From Candidatus Norongarragalinales archaeon (GTDB lineage Archaea; Micrarchaeota; Micrarchaeia; Norongarragalinales; Norongarragalinaceae), in the NCBI GenBank assembly GCA_038884755.1, contig JAWABJ010000001.1, positions 128,001 to 192,000 on the forward strand: 64,000 nt of DNA, given 5' to 3'. Shown here piece after piece: positions 58,148 through 64,000 of the stretch (position 1 is the first letter of the stretch; the number at the start of each line of letters is the position of its first letter). A program made the translations under genes and the position numbers. The notes beneath the pieces were generated by a model. It made no database searches. It saw only the letters and a list, made by a program, of their open reading frames with translations, and had not been told where the DNA came from.

Positions 58148-59032
58148 ATGGTTTCCGAGGAAGAATTGAAGAATTATTTGCAAGCGGCTAGGGTGCACGA
58201 GGCTGCGCAGGAAACAGCGCGCAGCGTGGTGAAAGAAGGAGCGGGCGTCCTGGCCGCAGCGAATGCGATTGAAAAGGAGATTGTGGATTCCGGCGGAAAG
58301 CCCGCTTTTCCCGTCAACATTTCCTTCGACAGCGAAGCGGCGCACAACACTCCTGTTGTGGGCGACAAGCGGGTGTTTGCGAGAGAAGTTGTGAAAGTTG
58401 ATATTGGCGTGCATGTCGCCGGTTGCATAATAGATTCTGGGTTTACCATGGATTTGGGCGGCGAGCAAGGAAAGCTCGTGGAAGCAAGCGAACAGGCGTT
58501 GAAAGACGCTTTGAGCGTGATGCGCGCGGGAGCAAAAGCGAAGGAAGTCGGTGCAGTAATAGAGAAAACCATCCGAAACAAGGGCTTCAAGCCCGTGGAA
58601 AACTTGTCGGGGCACTTGCTCGAGCCGTATAACCTTCATGCAGGCGTGGAAGTTCCGAATGTTGCGAAAGGCGGGGAGCATGTTTTTGAGGAAGGCGAGG
58701 TTTTTGCCGTCGAGCCTTTTGCTTCCACGGGCGCGGGGTTCGTTAGCGACGGGCCGGCTCCAGCGGAAATTTTTTCGATAATCGCGTTGAAGAACGTGCG
58801 CATGCAGCGCAGCCGCGAGTTTTTGCACAAGGTGTTCGAAGAGCGGCAGCTTTTGCCTTTCGCCAAGCGCTGGTTTGCCGAGGAAAAAATGCTGGATTTC
58901 ACGTTGCGCGATTTGGCCAGGCAAGGCGTATTGCACGACTACCCTGTTTTGGTAGACGAGGGCAAGGGCTTGGTTTCTCAGGCGGAGTCTACAGTGATTA
59001 TAGAAAAGGATTCCGTGCGCGTGCTCGTTTGA
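58148..59032 (+). CDS. map: methionine aminopeptidase type II
   Basis: PAFPVNIS, KVDIGVH, NLSGH, AVEPF. Confidence 0.93.
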   Translation: MVSEEELKNYLQAARVHEAAQETARSVVKEGAGVLAAANAIEKEIVDSGGKPAFPVNISFDSEAAHNTPVVGDKRVFAREVVKVDIGVHVAGCIIDSGFTMDLGGEQGKLVEASEQALKDALSVMRAGAKAKEVGAVIEKTIRNKGFKPVENLSGHLLEPYNLHAGVEVPNVAKGGEHVFEEGEVFAVEPFASTGAGFVSDGPAPAEIFSIIALKNVRMQRSREFLHKVFEERQLLPFAKRWFAEEKMLDFTLRDLARQGVLHDYPVLVDEGKGLVSQAESTVIIEKDSVRVLV

Positions 59033-59048
59033 GCGGTTATGCAGAACT

Positions 59049-59969
59049 TTATTTAGCGCCGAGCAACAGCGCAATCAACGCCATTCTCACTGGCACGCCG
59101 TTCGCTGCTTGGCGGAAGTATGCCGCGCGAAGATCGCCGTCAACGCTTTCTTCTATTTCCCCTATCCTGGGCAAGGGGTGCATTACTATTGATTTCGGCT
59201 TCATTTTCGACAAAAGCGAATTGTCCACGTGATACAACGACTTTAGTTTTTGGTAGTCGTCTTGCGGAGAAAGGCGTTCTTTCTGCAAGCGCGTGACGTA
59301 AAGAACGTCGAGGTTGCCTGCAATTTGGCTGACGTTTTCGCAAAACTCCACGCGCGAGCCTTTCGCTTCTGCCTTCTTAACGTATTCTCCGGGCATTTGC
59401 AGCGAAGGCGGCGCTATGCAATAGAAATTCGCGCCGAAGCGCGATGCGCCCATTATGAGCGAATGGACTGTGCGCCCGTACTTCAAATCGCCGTAAAACC
59501 CTATGTTCACGTCCAGTCTTCCCAACTCCTTCTTGATTGTGTACAAATCAAGCAGCGTTTGCGTAGGGTGTTCGCCCTTACCTTCCCCCCCGCTTATCAC
59601 GGGTATCGAGGCATATTCGGCCGCGAGGGAAAGCGAGTTCGGTTGCGAGTGCCGCATTGCTATCACGTCGGCATAGCCGTCGATAATGCGGATGGTGTCC
59701 TGCAAAGTTTCTCCTTTGGCTACAGAAGTCCCGCTGGTGTCGGAAAAGCCTATTGCGCTTCCGCCGAGGCGAAGCATGGCCGTTTGGAAAGAGAATTGCG
59801 TGCGCGTGGAAGGCTCGAAAAAAAGCGTGGCGAGAACCTTGCCTTGGCAAAGCGTGGTCGGCCTGTGCTTGGCTTCCTCCATTTCCGCGGCGGTTTCCAA
59901 AACGCTTTGCACTTCCGAGTCGGCGAAATCGTTTATTGAAATCAAGTCGCGTCCTTTCAGGGAACCCAT
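59049..59969 (-). CDS. pyrB: aspartate carbamoyltransferase catalytic subunit
   Basis: FFEPSTRT, HPTQTLLD, MHPLPR. Confidence 0.95.
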   Translation of the reverse strand: MGSLKGRDLISINDFADSEVQSVLETAAEMEEAKHRPTTLCQGKVLATLFFEPSTRTQFSFQTAMLRLGGSAIGFSDTSGTSVAKGETLQDTIRIIDGYADVIAMRHSQPNSLSLAAEYASIPVISGGEGKGEHPTQTLLDLYTIKKELGRLDVNIGFYGDLKYGRTVHSLIMGASRFGANFYCIAPPSLQMPGEYVKKAEAKGSRVEFCENVSQIAGNLDVLYVTRLQKERLSPQDDYQKLKSLYHVDNSLLSKMKPKSIVMHPLPRIGEIEESVDGDLRAAYFRQAANGVPVRMALIALLLGAK

Positions 59970-60040
59970 CTTTCCCACCAACTCCCCCACCAAGCAAATT
60001 GTTGGGTCAAGTTTTTATTTGAGTGTGTTTTTCTTCTTTC

Positions 60041-61114
60041 ATGCCCGCGGACTCCAAACAAGGCAAACCCCCCGTAGTGAAACCCGCGCCTCCTGTGCAG
60101 GAAGTCCACAAGGAAATAGTCATCCCCTTGCGTTTCAAGGTTGGAAAAGAGTTTACTTCGAAACTGCCTTTCCTCGTCGCCTTGTTCCTGTTCTTTTCCT
60201 TTTCTATGGTGATGTTCGACAAGAGCAACTTCAAAACGACGGACTTGAGCGACTTGCAGCGCGTGTATTTCAACATTCCCAAGCTCTACAGCCTTTCGTT
60301 TATTCTCTTCATGGTTCTCTTTTCCCTTGCCATGGCGCTAGGCATATACTATTCCATCGGCTTAGGGTGGATTCCTTCTTTGCTTGTCGTTCCCGCCACG
60401 TTCCTTCCAGCGGTAGTCGCTGGAATGCTGTTCTTTCCCGCCTTGACCGGCGCGTTCATGGTCTTCGCCTTGACGATTTCGTTCACTTCCCTCGTTGCAT
60501 CGTTCTGGCCCGGATACTCCCTGTCCCGCGCATGGTCGATACTGAGCCTTTCGATGGTGTTGTTCGCTTTGCTGGCGTTTTTCGTGGTTTTCTACAAGGT
60601 TGCCGAGAACAAGGACGTGCATGTCGACTTGTTCTTGAACTCGCTCGTGGCGCAGTCTCAAGGCGGGGGTTTGGGAAGCATTTCCATTCCCGCGCAAGTG
60701 ATTTCATCTTCATTGACCAAGGATGATTTCGCCTCGTTCATAACCCAGAACGACATTCGCGATCTGCTTCTTTCCAGCTATCCCAACTTCGCTTCGCTTT
60801 CCGACCAGGAAAAGGAGGCGGCGATAACGGCGTTTCACACTAAAATGGTTGATTTGGGCTTCAAGTCGTTCCAGGAGAATTCCGGCTTGATTTCGGACGC
60901 GTTGGGGCGCTCGCTGTCTTCGCGCTTCGCGAGCGGTTCCGAGGCGTTGAAACAGCAGATTTACCTTTTGCCCCAGTTTAAGCTCATTTACGACCGCTAC
61001 GCGTTCTTTTCAGGGGCGTTGGCTGCGCTGGTGGCGTCGTTCATCGCGATTTTCATCCAAATCCTCGCAGTCGCCTTTCTTTTCGCCTTGCACAAGCTCG
61101 TTCCGCAGCCTTGA
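60041..61114 (+). CDS. hypothetical multi-pass membrane protein
   Basis: Long ORF, several TM. Confidence 0.7.
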   Translation: MPADSKQGKPPVVKPAPPVQEVHKEIVIPLRFKVGKEFTSKLPFLVALFLFFSFSMVMFDKSNFKTTDLSDLQRVYFNIPKLYSLSFILFMVLFSLAMALGIYYSIGLGWIPSLLVVPATFLPAVVAGMLFFPALTGAFMVFALTISFTSLVASFWPGYSLSRAWSILSLSMVLFALLAFFVVFYKVAENKDVHVDLFLNSLVAQSQGGGLGSISIPAQVISSSLTKDDFASFITQNDIRDLLLSSYPNFASLSDQEKEAAITAFHTKMVDLGFKSFQENSGLISDALGRSLSSRFASGSEALKQQIYLLPQFKLIYDRYAFFSGALAALVASFIAIFIQILAVAFLFALHKLVPQP

Positions 61115-61160
61115 AAATCAGCTGGTTTTATTTCTTTGCGCGGGCAAACTATTCTACAGT

Positions 61161-61323
61161 GGGCCTTTAGTATAGCCTGGATAGAATAGGGGCTTCCGAA
61201 GCCTCAGACAGGGGTTCGAAGACCGCCTTTTCTTTTTAGAAAAAGAAAATGCGGTCGGCCGAAAAGAAAACGGTCGTCAGTCTCAAAGAAGCGCGGACTA
61301 GAACGGAAATCCCCTAAGGCCCG
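61161..61323 (+). tRNA. tRNA-Arg(CCG) with intron at 59/60 (61221-61309)
   Basis: Acceptor GGGCCTT/AAGGCCC; GGGGC TT CCG AA GCCTC; BHB TTCG/CGGA. Confidence 0.9.
61221..61275 (+). repeat. element copy 10 (Arg-CCG intron, extended spacer)
   Basis: GACCGCCTTTTCTTTTT-AG-AAAAAGAAAATGCGGTC-GGCCG-AAAAGAAAA-CGGTC. Confidence 0.75.
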
Positions 61324-61405
61324 CTTTGCGCTAACCGGCGAGAGCTCAAGCTCGAGCTTTCGCAAGGTAGAGAATAAGAAACCCGCAGTGAAAATTATTT
61401 ATCAC

Positions 61406-61525
61406 GGGCCCGTGTGGTAATGGACAACCGGCGGGGCTTCGGACCCCGAGTTGCGCGTTCGAAGAACCTTTCTTTGCGAAAGAAAGCTTTGCCAAAGAAA
61501 GGCAGCGAAAATCGCGCCGGGCCCG
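61406..61525 (+). tRNA. tRNA-Arg(TCG) with intron at 59/60 (61464-61511)
   Basis: Acceptor GGGCCCG/CGGGCCC; CGGGG CT TCG GA CCCCG; BHB TTCG/CGAA. Confidence 0.9.
61465..61502 (+). repeat. element copy 11 (Arg-TCG intron)
   Basis: AACCTTTCTTT-GC-GAAAGAAA-gctttgcc-AAAGAAAGG. Confidence 0.8.
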
Positions 61526-61526
61526 C

Positions 61527-61574
61527 TTAAACTTTCTTTTTTTTGCGAAAAAAGAAAGTTTAATCAAAGAAAAA
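61527..61574 (+). repeat. element copy 12 (Arg-TCG trailer)
   Basis: TTAAACTTTCT8-GCG-AAAAAAGAAAGTTTAA-TC-AAAGAAAAA. Confidence 0.8.
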
Positions 61575-61583
61575 GGGAAGGAA

Positions 61584-63461
61584 ATGTTTGTCGCGCTTTT
61601 GTTTCTCTTGAGTTCGCTTTACTCCGGGTTCGTCGCCGCGAAAAAACTCGGCATTCTGGATACCGAAATCAAGCGGCTTTCGATTGGTTTTCTCGCGGGT
61701 TTCGTGCTGCAAAGCGCGTTTTTGCTCGCGCTGTCGTGGCTTTCCGGCGGGCTTGAGGAGCAATGGATTCTGCTTTCGTCGGTTGTTTTCGTTTTGGCCG
61801 CTTTCGCTTTCGACAGGCGTTTCGCCGTTGCGAGATTGAGGGAAAGGAGGCTTCCTTTCGTTTCCAACGCGGACAGGATTGCCCTCGCTTTTTCCCTGTT
61901 GTTTCTTGCCTTGAATTTCCTTGCAATCCTGCATCCCACGCAAACCGGCTTCGAGTCTGTGGCGAGCGTTTGGGGGGATTATCCCCTGCATTTGAGCATA
62001 GCGAATTCCTTCGCATTGCGGGACAATTTTCCGCCGCAATACCCCGTTTTGCTGGGAGAGCCTTTGAAATACTCTTTCCTGTTCGACTTCAGTTCCGCAA
62101 TACTGTTGAAAGGCGGTTTCGACTTCCGTTCGGCATTCCTTGTGCCAAACGCCTTGGTTTTCGTGGCTTTCGCGCTGGCGCTGGTGCTGTTGTGCGAGCT
62201 TTTCGCCGGAAGCAAGGGAAGGGTTTTGTTCGTTTTCCTGGCTTTCGCATTGTTTTTCTTCAACGGGAACTACGGGATGGCGGGCGCGCTTGAAGACGCT
62301 TTTTCGCAGGGAAGCCTGTCGCCGCTTTTGCACCCCGACCGCAATTATTCCAACGCAGACGACAAGGGCGTGGTGGTGATGAACTGGGTTTACTCCATTC
62401 TCATGCCGGCGAGAAGCGCTTTGTTGGGCCTGGCAATTTCGGTTTTCACTTACGCCGTGCTTTTCTCGAGCGTGTTGAATTCGCGTTGGAACAGGCGGGA
62501 GCTTTTTGCAGCGGGCGTTTTGGCCGGGCTTTTGCCTCTAGCCCACGCGCACTCGCTAGTGGTTGTTGGTGCGGTTGCCGGGTTTTTGTTCCTGTTTTCC
62601 GTGCGAAAGTGGAAAGAGTGGGTTTTTTTCGCCGGTCCCGCCGCAGTTATTGCCTTGCCGCAGTTGGCTTGGCTTTCTTCCAAGGTTTTCTTCAAAATTT
62701 TTCCCGGTTGGCTTTCGCCGGAAAAAAGCTTTCTAGGTGTTGCAGAGTTTTGGGTCAAGAATGGGTGGGCCGTGCTCCTTTGCTTTGCGGCTTGGCTTGC
62801 GTTCGCTTTGAAAAGCAATGACTGGAAAAGACTGGCTCTCGCCGCTCCCTTCGCCTTGGTTTTCGTGCTTGCGAACCTCTTCGTGCTTCAACCGTGGGAG
62901 TGGGACAACACCAAGTTTTTCATGCAATTCTTTCTTTTCGCCTGCATTGCAAGCGCGTTGTTCCTGGAGTCGCTGTGGACGGCACAAGGAAAACAACGAA
63001 TTTTGCACAAGGCGGTCGTTGTCGTGATAGTGCTTTTGGGAGTTGCGTCGGGAGTGCTGGCAATATTGTGGACCGGCTGGGGGGACAACGCGCGTTACGA
63101 GACGTTCTCGAAAGAGGACGTTGCGCTTGCTGCATGGATAACTGTCAACACGCCTAGCGGCGCGTTGTTTTTGAGTTCCACTTTCCACCATAATCCAGTG
63201 CCTGCTCTGGCCGGAAGGCAGATTGTGGCCGGGTACGAAGGCTGGCTGTGGAGCCACGGGCTAAACTACCAAAAGACTTTGCAGGACGCCAAGAAAATGT
63301 TCGAAGAGGCGGACTGCCGTTTGATGGGCGAGTACGGAGTTGATTTCGTGCTTGTAAGAAAAACGTGGGAGGATGCGGCGTTGTACGAAGGAAAAGGTTT
63401 CGAAAGGGTTTATTCCGACCGACGCGGGAACATGGTTTTCAAGTCCAATTGCATTGCATAG
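61584..63461 (+). CDS. multi-pass membrane protein, putative GT-C glycosyltransferase, paralog of 43343-45280
   Basis: WGDYPLH, PPQYP...PLKYSFLFD, GVLAGLLPL shared with the paralog. Confidence 0.65.
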   Translation: MFVALLFLLSSLYSGFVAAKKLGILDTEIKRLSIGFLAGFVLQSAFLLALSWLSGGLEEQWILLSSVVFVLAAFAFDRRFAVARLRERRLPFVSNADRIALAFSLLFLALNFLAILHPTQTGFESVASVWGDYPLHLSIANSFALRDNFPPQYPVLLGEPLKYSFLFDFSSAILLKGGFDFRSAFLVPNALVFVAFALALVLLCELFAGSKGRVLFVFLAFALFFFNGNYGMAGALEDAFSQGSLSPLLHPDRNYSNADDKGVVVMNWVYSILMPARSALLGLAISVFTYAVLFSSVLNSRWNRRELFAAGVLAGLLPLAHAHSLVVVGAVAGFLFLFSVRKWKEWVFFAGPAAVIALPQLAWLSSKVFFKIFPGWLSPEKSFLGVAEFWVKNGWAVLLCFAAWLAFALKSNDWKRLALAAPFALVFVLANLFVLQPWEWDNTKFFMQFFLFACIASALFLESLWTAQGKQRILHKAVVVVIVLLGVASGVLAILWTGWGDNARYETFSKEDVALAAWITVNTPSGALFLSSTFHHNPVPALAGRQIVAGYEGWLWSHGLNYQKTLQDAKKMFEEADCRLMGEYGVDFVLVRKTWEDAALYEGKGFERVYSDRRGNMVFKSNCIA

Positions 63462-64000
63462 TCGGCAAGCTGTTTGAATGCAAACGCCGCAAGAACTACG
63501 AGCGGGACTTGCAGGAACACTATGAACCTGTCCATGAAGACGCGCACGCCCACCAAGTCGTTTTTGATGAAGGCGAAGCCCGCGAGCGCCAACGCTATCA
63601 AAAGCAGCTCCCTGTCTCTCGGCTGGAAAAAGTTTCTAGCCGCGAGCAGCACAAACCCAAGCACGCTTCCGGCAGTCAAAACCAACCCGTTCTTTTCCAA
63701 AAACAAGTCGAATCCCACTGGGTTGCCTTCGTGGTTTGAAAACTGGGCTATGTCGAAAATGTTGGCGTTGCCTGTCGCTATAAAGTGCCATCCGACGTAT
63801 GCAATAAGAGCCAGTGCCCAGCACAACAATGCGGTCCAAGCGCTTTCCGAAGGCATTGCGACTTTCCTCGTTTGGGCGAATTGGGAGAAAACCTTGAGCG
63901 CGGCGAAAGCGAACGCTCCCGCCGCAAGGAACGCGATTGTTTCCTGGTGGACCATGGCGATTGCAAAAGTCAAAAGCAACGCCGTTTTCCGCTTGTTGCG
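63410..64000 (-). CDS. membrane protein (partial, 5' end outside window)
   Basis: Hydrophobic ORF running to the window edge. Confidence 0.55.
   Translation of the reverse strand, partial: RNKRKTALLLTFAIAMVHQETIAFLAAGAFAFAALKVFSQFAQTRKVAMPSESAWTALLCWALALIAYVGWHFIATGNANIFDIAQFSNHEGNPVGFDLFLEKNGLVLTAGSVLGFVLLAARNFFQPRDRELLLIALALAGFAFIKNDLVGVRVFMDRFIVFLQVPLVVLAAFAFKQLADYAMQLDLKTMFPRRSE

Overview
Core-genome window of a small-genome archaeon. DPANN, probably Micrarchaeota-like, is an inference from the fused RpoA, split RpoB and many non-canonical tRNA introns. It carries ppsA, the proteasome/exosome superoperon, a 2-oxoacid (pyruvate) dehydrogenase and lipoate cluster, the RNA polymerase operon, ribosomal protein operons, polB, map and pyrB, a Cys-rich/Ser-Pro surface-protein island, and a pilin-signal glycoside hydrolase. 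There are nine tRNA genes. Six have a BHB-type intron at T-loop position 59/60, and three of these also have a 37/38 intron. A candidate box C/D sRNA lies at 45641-45731. The most unusual signal is a dispersed ~30-55 nt element seen 12 times, only in non-coding sequence (6 tRNA introns, the C/D sRNA loop, tRNA trailers and spacers). It is a pyrimidine/purine hairpin followed by a purine mirror repeat at a nearly invariant 8-nt spacing, with three-way covariation, which is the layout expected of an intramolecular triple helix. All calls were made by eye; no database searches were run.
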